Shown here piece after piece: positions 7,833 to 17,082 of a stretch of DNA of 23,220 nucleotides. Origin of the DNA: Coleofasciculus chthonoplastes F2-STO-03 (lineage in GTDB: Bacteria > Cyanobacteriota > Cyanobacteriia > Cyanobacteriales > Coleofasciculaceae); assembly GCA_040222015.1 (NCBI GenBank), contig JAVJWO010000197.1, positions 1 through 23,220 of the forward strand. Reading direction: 5' to 3'. Position 1 is the first letter of the stretch, and each line of letters starts with the position of its first letter. A program made the position numbers and the translations under genes. A model generated the notes under the pieces. That model did not search any database. It was not told the DNA's origin and was given only the letters and a program-made list of their open reading frames with translations.

Positions 7833-8069
7833 ATGGTGTTTGTTGCTATCTTCTGATGAGACAGATATTAAATGAGACAGGTTTTTTCTTCCTCCTAACT
7901 TCATTCAACATTTGTAGACTAAGCTGTTTTATCTGCCGCCAGAAGTTATTTAGCTTTATATTCAATTTAGCACGTTCTCTGAGATAGGCAACCCCTTGAT
8001 ATAGTCTTTTACATTTGTTTAAAAACTACAAAAATCTGAAACATAAGTTTACCGAAGCGGGATGAAATG

Positions 8070-9956
8070 TTAGAGCTGTGGTAAGGTCAATGGTTCGGTG
8101 TCGTTTTTCTCACCCGTTTCTGCCGAAAGCTGATTTAGGGTTAAAGATTCCACTAAACTCAACGGCATGGGGTCTTGACTGAGGAATTGTGCATAAGCCG
8201 CATTGAGGTAACGTTGGTATTCAGGTTGACCCGCAATATAGACTTCAAAAAAGGCAACACTCAACGCTTGGGTATAAGCAAGCCCGATCGCGGGATCAGG
8301 ACCCATCACTTCTGGCGGCAATTCTACCGCTGTTGTCGAGACTCCCAGATTAGAAAAGTGAGTGCCTTCATTCTGCAATACCAGATACTTGTTCGGCGTG
8401 GTTAGCCAGGTAAAGGGTTGAATCTGTTCCGGGAGGGCAGGTGCTACGGTGTCATTACTCCCGGAAATCAGCATCAGGGGGATTTGAATCTGAGCAAATT
8501 CCGATTTACCAAAGATAGCACTCCCCACGGGGTTAATCGCGATCGCGGCTTGAATCCGTGGATCACGAAAGTCATAGTCCGCCATGGGTAATTCTAATGC
8601 TCGACATTGCAGCAGCAGTGATACATTTAAGGAATCTTCTGACTGACCACAAACTTGCTGCAATCGCTCAAAATTAAGTTCAGCACCCGCTAGCGCCAAC
8701 ACCGTGTAACCGCCAAAGGATTGACCTAATACACCAACATTATCCAGATTTAACTGTCCTCGATAGGACTGTTCTAGTTGATCCAGTAAAAAGGTAATAT
8801 CCAAGGGACGGTCAATGAATTCTGACGGTGGCGTCACCTCACTGGCTAGTCCTCGACTCAGGGCTTGTAATTGTTCAGCATTACTGCCAGGATGTTCCGG
8901 TAGGGCTACGGCAAACCCATAAGACGCCAAATGTTCGGCTAAATATTCAAACGTCATCCGATCAGAACCGAGTCCGTGGGAAATTACAATTAGGGGAGTT
9001 AATCCTTCCCCAGCAGATATCGAAGACGGTAAATACAAATCCACCGGAAATCGGCGTCCGCGACTGGGATCATTCAATGTCAGGGTTTGTTTAGAATAGG
9101 CAATGGGTCCCGGTTCCCGCAAGTCAGGTAATTCGGAAAAGTCGGGTGGCATTTGGGGAAACAGTGACTCAATCTGGGCTTGAACTTCCGCCATCGCCTC
9201 CTGATTCACCCCTGCGATCGCCTGTTGAGTTTGCCGACTTAACCGAGACAGTTCCTCAATGATCTCAAAACTCCGGGCAGAGTTAATCCGTATACCATAG
9301 GTGGGAAACTCCCGCAGTACATTTAATAATGTTAGCCCCTCCGGTTCAGCCGCCGCTTTGATTAATGCCGCCCGAATCGCATAGAATCCCTCTTGACCGG
9401 CTTTAGTTTGAATCACTTCCCCCAACCGTTCCAAGATGGCTTCCCCTTGAGGCGAATAGAGAAACTGTGCGATCGCGACTGGACTCACATCGATGGGGGT
9501 AACTAAAACTTGCCGCAATCGTTCTAATTGTTGCGGTTCCACATAGTTAGCATAAAACGCCAACTCCGGCTCAATTTTACCCTCGGTGGCGTAAATTTCC
9601 AGTGTCTCAATGGACAGAGAAAATTCTAACGGACCATAGGGAATATAAATTTTCGTCGCACTCTGAACCGGAGTCGCCATCACCACCATTCTCAATAGGG
9701 CGGTTGAAACCGCAGCTACACAAAAGAAACCCGCCTTGCCTTCGGCAAGCTTCGCTAACGCGGGTTGCCAAACCCTTAATTTTCTGTTAGTCCGCCCAGG
9801 CAGACTTGGTTTCGTCTGGTTCCACGATTTCCAATCGTTCTGGTCAGCTACAATATCTGAGTCTAAATTGTTATTATCATTTGCTTTTACCTTACCACCT
9901 TGCTCCTTTCCTTCTGCCCCTTCTACCTTCAAACAGCCTTCTGTCTTACTTTTCAT
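8070..9956 (-). CDS. DUF1400-type secreted alpha/beta hydrolase (lipase/PAF-acetylhydrolase-like)
   Basis: Signal-like segment followed by IYIPYGPLEFSLS (DUF1400-like), SHGLGS oxyanion motif, nucleophile GQSFGG, D (SNDTVAP) and H (GTHFS). The true start may lie downstream. Confidence 0.85.
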   Translation of the reverse strand: MKSKTEGCLKVEGAEGKEQGGKVKANDNNNLDSDIVADQNDWKSWNQTKPSLPGRTNRKLRVWQPALAKLAEGKAGFFCVAAVSTALLRMVVMATPVQSATKIYIPYGPLEFSLSIETLEIYATEGKIEPELAFYANYVEPQQLERLRQVLVTPIDVSPVAIAQFLYSPQGEAILERLGEVIQTKAGQEGFYAIRAALIKAAAEPEGLTLLNVLREFPTYGIRINSARSFEIIEELSRLSRQTQQAIAGVNQEAMAEVQAQIESLFPQMPPDFSELPDLREPGPIAYSKQTLTLNDPSRGRRFPVDLYLPSSISAGEGLTPLIVISHGLGSDRMTFEYLAEHLASYGFAVALPEHPGSNAEQLQALSRGLASEVTPPSEFIDRPLDITFLLDQLEQSYRGQLNLDNVGVLGQSFGGYTVLALAGAELNFERLQQVCGQSEDSLNVSLLLQCRALELPMADYDFRDPRIQAAIAINPVGSAIFGKSEFAQIQIPLMLISGSNDTVAPALPEQIQPFTWLTTPNKYLVLQNEGTHFSNLGVSTTAVELPPEVMGPDPAIGLAYTQALSVAFFEVYIAGQPEYQRYLNAAYAQFLSQDPMPLSLVESLTLNQLSAETGEKNDTEPLTLPQL

Positions 9957-9959
9957 AAT

Positions 9960-12323
9960 TTAAAATTGATATCTCTTGCTATTAAAATCATCCCATTGCC
10001 CCCACATCCATAGCTTGTGGAACTTGCGGCAACGCTTCATGTAAAATAGAGCCGTTTTATCCTGATTATTTTCTTGACAAATTCCTTTAAATATTTTATA
10101 TCCTTCGGCAAATTTTCGGCTATAAAAAAGATGAATACCCAACTCAAACTTGCCTCGATGCTTAATTTTTAGATTAACCGACGTCAGGGGTTCACCATCA
10201 AAGGCTTCAAAGACGGAGACCGCTTTTTTTCTTCCTTTGACCGGAACTTTCCCTAAAAATCGGTAATTATAGCTTAACGGATTATCCAGACTCAGCAAAA
10301 ACTTTTCACTAAAGATAATCGACGCGCCAAAAATCTTCGTCAATCCTTCCAAGCGAGATGCCAGATTCACGGCATCAGAAATGACTGTTGCCTCCATCCG
10401 TTGTTCTTCTCCAATGGTACCTAACATCAGACTACCACTGTGGAGTCCCATGCCAACTGAAATCGGTAGGGTTCCGTTTTCTTCCTGCTTACCATTATAG
10501 ATAGCGATCTGTTTTTGCATTTCAATCGCCGCGTCTAATGCTTCTTCAGCTTTTTCGGGAAAGACTGCCATGATCGCATCCCCGATGTACTTATCCACAA
10601 AACCATTGTGCTGACGGATGGTGGGGACAACTTTCTTAAAATAATTGTTGATGAAATCAAAATTTTCCTGGGGCGACATTTTCTCAGATAGAGTGGTAAA
10701 TGACCGAATATCGGCAAACATAATCGTCATATCCCGTTGAACGCAATCCCCCAATTGAGCCTCACCGAGGTTGGTATACCCTAAAATCTGTAGTAATTTA
10801 GGCGGAATGAAGCGGTCGCAGTTGGCATTGATCTGGTTCAGTTTCAGATAAGGATTAATTCGAGCAATCATCTCATTGGGTTTTATCGGCTTCGTCCAAT
10901 AATCATTGATCCGGTAGCTCCATATTTTTTGCCAATCCGGTTGGTTTTTGTGATCGTCAACGAGAATAATTGGCAATTCATTGGCTGAGAAAAAAGTGCG
11001 AATTTTTTGACCAAGTTCATAGCCATCCATGGGAGAAATTACGGCATCCACAATCAGCAAGTTAGGCTGAAAGCCTTTTTCGATTTCCGCTAAAGCTTGA
11101 TTGCCATTAGAGACCCGTTTAATGCCGTAATTGGGAGAAGACAAAAATCGCTGAATCAGGGGTTGCCAATTGACAGATTCATTATCTACAATTAAAATCT
11201 TGAATGATTGGCTAAAAACAGGGGAGGTTTTAATTTTGGCAGGTATTTTATTGGTGGGTTTTACTAGAGAGAGAGGCTTTTCCCCAGACGCCGCTAATCG
11301 GGTTTGTTGATTTCCATAAATGGGTAGCGTCAAAATAAAGCGTGAACCCTGGTTGCCGATTGATTCAACCCGGAGTTGCCCCCCGTTGAGTTCAACCAGA
11401 CGTCGGGTCAAGATCAATCCGACGACGGTACTACTGTACTGTTGGATGGTGGCACTATAAGCATTCTCTAGTAATTGCTCTGCCGGAATAGTGATGCCGA
11501 TATCAGCGATAGTCAGTTTTAAGTGATCAGGGGTAATCGTGGCTGAAACATTGATCGCGCCTTGTTCAGTAAACTTAATCATGTCAATCATTAAGTTATA
11601 CAAAATTTGCTGCAATTGATCGGCATCAGCCTTAAATTGGGGGAAATCGGCAGCGATGGAGTTGCGTAATTGTAAATTTTTTTGCCGGATTAAGGGTTGA
11701 CAAAGCTCTAACACGTCTTGAGTGATGGAGCGTAGATCGACTGACGGATTGAGAGGTTGAGGAGGATTGGACTTTAAGCTGAAGGCATCGAAAAGGGTAT
11801 CGGTAAAATTGGCAACCCGCTTAACGTTTGCCATCAATGCAGAAGGGTTAGCATTTGACTCCTGTGAAAGAAAATCAAGGTCTTGATCAGACAAATCGTC
11901 AGCGATTTCCTGGAGGCGATCGCGAAAGGGTGGCTGTTGATTAACGGGCTGGTTGAGAACGGGGAGGGTGGTATCTTTATTGGTGGTTAAGGCTTGGTTC
12001 GTGGCGAGTTGGGCAGCGATGATTGAGGGGATGCGATCGCCGGATTGTTTACGGTTGGGGTTATCCTGAAATGGGAGCGAGGCTGGAACCTCACCAAACC
12101 GAGGGTTTTCGGCATCATCTTGAACAGTAGAAAAAGCCTTAATCAATCCTAAGGCGATCGGGAGTGCCAAAATTAAACTCAGACTCACTACGCTCAAAAC
12201 CAGCCAGAGGAGTTTTTGAGTGGGATAGAATTCTTCAGTAAGATAGCCAGATGCCAGATAGAAAAAACCAAGATTGGTACTAATAATGGCAACGACACAG
12301 AGAAGGATGACGGAGCGTTTCAT
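9960..12323 (-). CDS. Membrane-anchored class III adenylate cyclase with degenerate HisKA/HATPase and REC domains
   Basis: Cyclase motifs FADIRSFT, DKYIGDAIM, TVISDAVNLASRLE and VKG. There are two N-terminal TM segments, a HATPase-like region with decayed boxes and a REC-like region. Confidence 0.9.
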   Translation of the reverse strand: MKRSVILLCVVAIISTNLGFFYLASGYLTEEFYPTQKLLWLVLSVVSLSLILALPIALGLIKAFSTVQDDAENPRFGEVPASLPFQDNPNRKQSGDRIPSIIAAQLATNQALTTNKDTTLPVLNQPVNQQPPFRDRLQEIADDLSDQDLDFLSQESNANPSALMANVKRVANFTDTLFDAFSLKSNPPQPLNPSVDLRSITQDVLELCQPLIRQKNLQLRNSIAADFPQFKADADQLQQILYNLMIDMIKFTEQGAINVSATITPDHLKLTIADIGITIPAEQLLENAYSATIQQYSSTVVGLILTRRLVELNGGQLRVESIGNQGSRFILTLPIYGNQQTRLAASGEKPLSLVKPTNKIPAKIKTSPVFSQSFKILIVDNESVNWQPLIQRFLSSPNYGIKRVSNGNQALAEIEKGFQPNLLIVDAVISPMDGYELGQKIRTFFSANELPIILVDDHKNQPDWQKIWSYRINDYWTKPIKPNEMIARINPYLKLNQINANCDRFIPPKLLQILGYTNLGEAQLGDCVQRDMTIMFADIRSFTTLSEKMSPQENFDFINNYFKKVVPTIRQHNGFVDKYIGDAIMAVFPEKAEEALDAAIEMQKQIAIYNGKQEENGTLPISVGMGLHSGSLMLGTIGEEQRMEATVISDAVNLASRLEGLTKIFGASIIFSEKFLLSLDNPLSYNYRFLGKVPVKGRKKAVSVFEAFDGEPLTSVNLKIKHRGKFELGIHLFYSRKFAEGYKIFKGICQENNQDKTALFYMKRCRKFHKLWMWGQWDDFNSKRYQF

Positions 12324-12640
12324 AAGGTTTAGAGTTTAGGATGGTTAAATGCATCGATTTAATCAAGTCAATGCCAACTCACGGAATCTACAGGGGAGCG
12401 AGAGTTGGTATTGGCGATCGGTTCTCAACGCTTCCGAAAAAAAAACTATTATTCTACATCATCCGCCTCAAAATTAAACTGATCCGATAAAAATCTGCTA
12501 AATTTTTAGCACGGTGCTTCTTGCCAAAACCTGGGTAGCCGTAGGAGACTGACATCGGTAAAAATTGGTGCTGGGTTAGATTGCCCCAGCCAACGTGCTT
12601 TCTGGCAAGCGCTGATCCACTGAGTCATCGGAGAAGGAAC

Positions 12641-13558
12641 ATGACGGCATTACAAGGACGAGACGTGTTAGGTTTAGCGGACCTGAGTGCGGATGAAATT
12701 CACGAACTGTTGCATCTAGCTATCCAGTTGAAAACCGGTCAGGTTAACCTGCGATGCAATAAGGTGTTAGGGCTTTTGTTTTATAAAGCATCGACCCGAA
12801 CCCGAGTCAGTTTTTCGGTGGCCATGTACCAACTAGGGGGTCAAGTGATTGACTTGAACCCCAATGTCACCCAGGTGGGTCGAGGAGAACCTGTGGTAGA
12901 TACAGCCCGGGTCTTGGATCGGTATCTGGACATCTTAGCAATTCGTACCTTCGAGCAAAAAGAACTAGAAACTTTTGCTGAGTATGCTCAGATTCCGATT
13001 ATCAACGCCCTGACTGACTTAGAACACCCTTGTCAGGTATTGGCAGACTTGTTGACGATTCAAGAATGCTTCGGTTCACTAGCGGGTGCGACGGTAGTAT
13101 ACTTGGGAGATGGTAATAATGTGGCTCACTCACTCATGGTAGGATGCGCCCTCATGGGGATGAATGTCAGAGTTGCCACACCATCAGCTTACCAACCGAA
13201 TAGTTTAATTGTAGATCGAGCTAAACAACTGGCGGTCAACAGTGAAGTGACGATTACGGATGATCCGAAGGCAGCCGTTAAGGGCGCTAATGTGATTTAT
13301 ACCGATGTCTGGGCAAGTATGGGTCAGGAGGCGTCAGCCGATGCGCGAATTCCAGTCTTTTTACCGTATCAGGTCAATGAACAACTTTTGAGTTTAGCGG
13401 CAAAGGATGCGATCGTGTTGCACTGTTTGCCCGCCCACCGAGGTGAAGAGATTACTGAAGCGGTGATGGAAGGTTCGCGATCGCGGATTTGGGATCAAGC
13501 CGAAAACCGGATGCACGCCCAGAAAGCTTTACTCGCTAGTCTTTTAGGCGCGGATTAA
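12641..13558 (+). CDS. argF: Ornithine carbamoyltransferase
   Basis: STRTRVSF, HPCQ, GDGNNV, DVWASMG and LHCLP motifs; RBS GGAGAAGGA before ATG 12641. Confidence 0.97.
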   Translation: MTALQGRDVLGLADLSADEIHELLHLAIQLKTGQVNLRCNKVLGLLFYKASTRTRVSFSVAMYQLGGQVIDLNPNVTQVGRGEPVVDTARVLDRYLDILAIRTFEQKELETFAEYAQIPIINALTDLEHPCQVLADLLTIQECFGSLAGATVVYLGDGNNVAHSLMVGCALMGMNVRVATPSAYQPNSLIVDRAKQLAVNSEVTITDDPKAAVKGANVIYTDVWASMGQEASADARIPVFLPYQVNEQLLSLAAKDAIVLHCLPAHRGEEITEAVMEGSRSRIWDQAENRMHAQKALLASLLGAD

Positions 13559-13602
13559 CGGGGCGGAGGGGATGGTTTAACGGTAAAGCCTATGGTTAAG
13601 TC

Positions 13603-13663
13603 GGGGCGGGTTTACTTGTATCTGGGTGAGGTCAAAAACGTTAATAGGGAAACCCGCCCCTAC
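13603..13663. repeat. REP-like stem-loop (GGGGCGGGTTT...AAACCCGCCCCTAC), possibly terminating or stabilising the argF transcript
   Basis: 11-bp perfect arms at 13603-13613 and 13650-13660 with a CTAC end; a lone half copy AAACCCGCCC lies near 6508. Confidence 0.8.
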
Positions 13664-13702
13664 ATAAAACTGATTAAACATTGCTTTTAACGGGACAAGT
13701 AT

Positions 13703-13716
13703 AGGACATTAGTACT
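13703..13716 (-). promoter_or_regulatory. Cyanobacterial LexA box (probable autoregulation)
   Basis: The reverse strand reads AGTACTAATGTCCT, one mismatch from the cyanobacterial consensus RGTACNNNDGTWCB, about 160 bp upstream of lexA. Confidence 0.7.
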
Positions 13717-13876
13717 ACTAATAGCTTATAGTAAATAGTATTCGTTGAGTTGAATAATGGGTTTCAATTTAACCCGAACAGGGCAGATTGACTGCCATAA
13801 AGACTGGCAAGTCGAATGGTTGAGCCATCTGCTTGACAACTTGTAACGTCAAAACAAGAGTGTAATTTATAGGATT

Positions 13877-14482
13877 ATGGAACCCCTCACCCAAGCCCAG
13901 AAAGAACTCTATGATTGGCTGGTTGATTATATTCAAACTGCCCAACACGCGCCCTCAATCCGGCAAATGATGCGGGCGATGAACCTGCGATCGCCTGCAC
14001 CGATTCAGAGTCGGCTCGAACATTTACGCAACAAAGGATACATTGACTGGACAGAAGGCAAAGCCCGGACGATTCGGATTCTGGGTAGTACAGCATCGGG
14101 AGTACCTGTACTGGGTGCGATCGCGGCGGGGGGTATGGTTGAACCCTTTACCGATGGGATGGATCGGATTGATTTATCCGGTTTATTCACCCAACCCGGT
14201 AATTTTGCCCTCCGGGTGACAGGGGACAGCATGATTGAAGCCTTAATTCGAGAAGGGGATTTGGTGATTATGCAGCCTGTTCCTGAACCCGAACAACTGA
14301 AAAATGGTCAGATTGTCGCCGCTAGAGTCGAAGGATACGGCACAACACTAAAACATTTTTATCGGGAAGAGGATAGGATCACCCTGCAACCTGCTAATTC
14401 TAATTATCCGCCCATAGAAGTGGAAACAGAAAAGGTAGAGGTACAGGGTGTATTAGTGGGAGTCTGGCGTAGTTTTGAGTAG
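13877..14482 (+). CDS. lexA: Transcriptional repressor LexA
   Basis: wHTH (LT..Q, PSIRQM, RTIRI), cleavage site IAAG, catalytic GDSM and TLK motifs. Confidence 0.97.
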   Translation: MEPLTQAQKELYDWLVDYIQTAQHAPSIRQMMRAMNLRSPAPIQSRLEHLRNKGYIDWTEGKARTIRILGSTASGVPVLGAIAAGGMVEPFTDGMDRIDLSGLFTQPGNFALRVTGDSMIEALIREGDLVIMQPVPEPEQLKNGQIVAARVEGYGTTLKHFYREEDRITLQPANSNYPPIEVETEKVEVQGVLVGVWRSFE

Positions 14483-14519
14483 GGGCTTGGTTACTTATCC
14501 CCTACTTGGTTACTTATCC
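14479..14519. repeat. Degenerate 27-bp GTAG REP overlapping the lexA stop codon, with a 15-bp internal duplication
   Basis: GTAGGGGCTTGGTTACTTATCCCCTAC (14479-14505) matches 187-213 at 22/27 positions. CTTGGTTACTTATCC occurs at 14486 and 14505. Confidence 0.75.
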
Positions 14520-14537
14520 ACAATTGTCCAATTCGGC

Positions 14538-15347
14538 TCAACGATGACTGGGAACCACAGGAGGTAATCCACCCGTGCGGGAGAGAGGCGCTGCCATTTT
14601 TAATACCTTCTCCATCAGCCACGGCGCAATCCGAGTGCACAACACGGCTAAATGGCTTTGCCATCCCACCAGGATTTCCGGTGAATCCTTTTGCAGTCCC
14701 GTGACTAGGGCTTTGGCGACTTGCTCAGGTGTCATGGGCATCACCCAGCGAAATAGCTGTAAACCCCGCACCATATCGGTATCCGTGAGGGAGGGGAGCA
14801 AGGCAATCACCCGGATATTATAGGGCGCTAGTTCGCCCCGCAACGCTTGGGTGAAGCCTAAAATCGCAAACTTGGTGGCGGAATACGTCGCCATCGTCGG
14901 CGCGGCGACTTTGCCCATTAAACTGGAGACGTTAATAATTATCCCTTGGCGTTGAGCTGCCATCCGTTTGGCAAGCAGACGGGTAATCGTGTACAATCCC
15001 ATCAAGTTAATCGCCAACTCCTCCTGCATCTTCGGCAGTTTAGCTCTCAAAAAGGGAGTTTGATGGGCAACACCTGCACAGTTAACCAAGACGTGAATCG
15101 GTCCGTAAGTACGCCAAGCGCGAGCAATTGCCACATTGACCTCTACCAGTTGGGTTAAATCTAACGCCAAAATAGCGACTTCGACGCCTAAATTTTCAAT
15201 CTCCGTCGCCACGGCTTCTAAACGTTGGCGATCGCGTGCGACTAAGACTAGGCGCTTAACACCTTGTTTGGCAAGTTCGAGGGCGATCGCGCGACCAATT
15301 CCCCGCGATGCTCCGGTAACCAAAGCAGTCTTTCCTTGAATATTCAT
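14538..15347 (-). CDS. Classical short-chain dehydrogenase/reductase (probably NADPH-dependent)
   Basis: TGASRGIG, NCAG, NVSS and YSATK motifs; RBS GAGG 8 nt before ATG 15347. Confidence 0.93.
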   Translation of the reverse strand: MNIQGKTALVTGASRGIGRAIALELAKQGVKRLVLVARDRQRLEAVATEIENLGVEVAILALDLTQLVEVNVAIARAWRTYGPIHVLVNCAGVAHQTPFLRAKLPKMQEELAINLMGLYTITRLLAKRMAAQRQGIIINVSSLMGKVAAPTMATYSATKFAILGFTQALRGELAPYNIRVIALLPSLTDTDMVRGLQLFRWVMPMTPEQVAKALVTGLQKDSPEILVGWQSHLAVLCTRIAPWLMEKVLKMAAPLSRTGGLPPVVPSHR

Positions 15348-16099
15348 GGTAAAAACCTCACTCTTGTTGAGTCTCACTCGGTTTTTTCCGATTAGTCATG
15401 CTCAGGGGTATATAATTCCTCCCAACCGCCTCAGCATGAAGTGAGACATAAGTAATCAGAACGTCGGATTATCTCTGTCGTTGCACTAAAACTTTGAAGA
15501 GTAGGACATATTTCACCCTTCGCCATTTTTTGAGTGAACTGGCGAGTTATTTGGTGGTGAAACAGTGATCAAATCTTTTAAATTAACGGGTTCTATGAAT
15601 GAAAAGCTAACCCGTGAGTCAAACATGATCTCCAGTCATGCTGTATCTACAAAGAGTGAATCGTGATCATGATATGTCTCCAGGGGAACTCGGTGAATGT
15701 GGAAGCGTGAGTTGTTAATCGAGTGTCCCTATACATATCCGGTCGGTCATTCGCAGCAATCAGCCAACCACCTGACAGCCAAAATAAACGCAGTGTTTAT
15801 GCAATTAGCCTCCTCTAGACGAGCTTCTACCAGAAACGACTCATTACGCATACATTAGCAATTCTTTCAAGACAATGGCAATATTTTTTAATAAATTTCT
15901 TGTAATATTTCTTTACAAAGCCTGAAACTATTTACCCGATTGACCTGTAGCTGTATTCAACTTTCGCGAGTACAATGAAAAATCAACAAGGAACTGAGTT
16001 TGGGGGTACTGGGTGTCAATGGTTGGTTGTTTTACCGAGGTGAAGACTTAACTCAATATACATTGACCTTGATTCAAGGTACTCTTTTTCAGCAGCTTG

Positions 16100-16900
16100 C
16101 TAACTCTCCTCATTATCCGGCAACTCTCCAAAACGTTCTCGATAGCGCTCCAACAATGTCGCCATTTCTGTAGTCTGCTGTTCTAACTCCTGATTTGCTG
16201 CTTCAAGTTCCAAAGAAGAGAGCAAACGTTCTCCCGTATTCGCATCTTCAATTACCAAACCGCCATTGTGCAAACTCATCAGCACTCCTAAAGTGGAACA
16301 GTAAATGCGTCCCTCTTCATCCGGCGTAATCGGTTGATAAAGCCCTTCAACCAATCGGTATCCTAAAACGTCTTCAATCACCTGTCCCCGCATCAGGCGG
16401 CGGTCAATTATGACGTACTCATTTACTCGAGTACGGGCATATTCTAAAACCTTTTTTTCCCGGTCTTCTTTGCGGTAGCGAGGGGAAACGACTTCTAAAA
16501 TGAAGCTAGGACGTACTCCTTCATCAGCAACAATGAACTTGGAGCGATTTTCGCCTTTATTCCGAATACCAAAGGCGACAAACGTATCTGGACAATGATT
16601 CCCTTGTCCAGGACTATCCCATTCAATTAACAAGTCGCGGAATACTCCAGTGGTGGAGTCATTAGCATAACGGCGGGTCAAGATATCTTTCGCCTGACCT
16701 GCTATATCATCGTGAAAGGTACTATTTGGCAAATGATAACCCTCCTGGGGATGGAGAAACTCTTCAGGAGTAAGCGGCACTTTGGTTTGGGTGATTGTAC
16801 CGTCAGGTTGATTAACGGTGACTACACGCCAGCCGGATTCAGCTAAATCGGTAGCGCGATCGGTTTGTTGGGTTTCAGAGGGTGAAGGAGAGCTGACCAT
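16100..16900 (-). CDS. Uma2/DUF820 family PD-(D/E)xK nuclease-like protein
   Basis: PDTFV, P..ILEVVSP, D...K...YA..V.EY.IID motifs and a C-terminal coiled coil. Confidence 0.9.
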   Translation of the reverse strand: MVSSPSPSETQQTDRATDLAESGWRVVTVNQPDGTITQTKVPLTPEEFLHPQEGYHLPNSTFHDDIAGQAKDILTRRYANDSTTGVFRDLLIEWDSPGQGNHCPDTFVAFGIRNKGENRSKFIVADEGVRPSFILEVVSPRYRKEDREKKVLEYARTRVNEYVIIDRRLMRGQVIEDVLGYRLVEGLYQPITPDEEGRIYCSTLGVLMSLHNGGLVIEDANTGERLLSSLELEAANQELEQQTTEMATLLERYRERFGELPDNEES

Positions 16901-16952
16901 GACGAAGCTTCCTTTTAATCAGTAGTTTTCAGTATAGATGATGATATTTAGT

Positions 16953-17015
16953 GTAGGGGCAAGTCGCTGAACTATCATTACGGGGAAAGCCTTTAATTTG
17001 ACCGACTCGCCCTAC
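16953..17015. repeat. GTAG-type REP-like stem-loop
   Basis: Imperfect arms GTAGGGGCAAGTCG (16953-16966) and CGACTCGCCCTAC (17003-17015). Confidence 0.7.
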
Positions 17016-17082
17016 TATCGTTAAGGCTAAACCATCGATTAAACTGGCAAAGAACCCCCTTTTGTTCTATCGCACTCTCGCT

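Noticed and set aside
5458..12323. Pycsar/CBASS-like defence operon (cyclase, hydrolase, SLATT on one strand)
   Set aside because: The cyclase has ATP-specific residues and a signalling architecture, the hydrolase looks secreted, and housekeeping truB plus long intergenic gaps separate the genes.
14538..15347. SDR as HetN
   Set aside because: It lacks the (E)RGSGR motif; the equivalent position reads QRQGI.
15901..15917. NtcA site TGTA...TACA
   Set aside because: The spacing is GTA-N9-TAC, not the canonical N8.
16100..16900. Uma2 gene as part of a restriction or defence system
   Set aside because: It is a solo member of a family massively expanded in cyanobacteria, with no methylase or partner gene adjacent.
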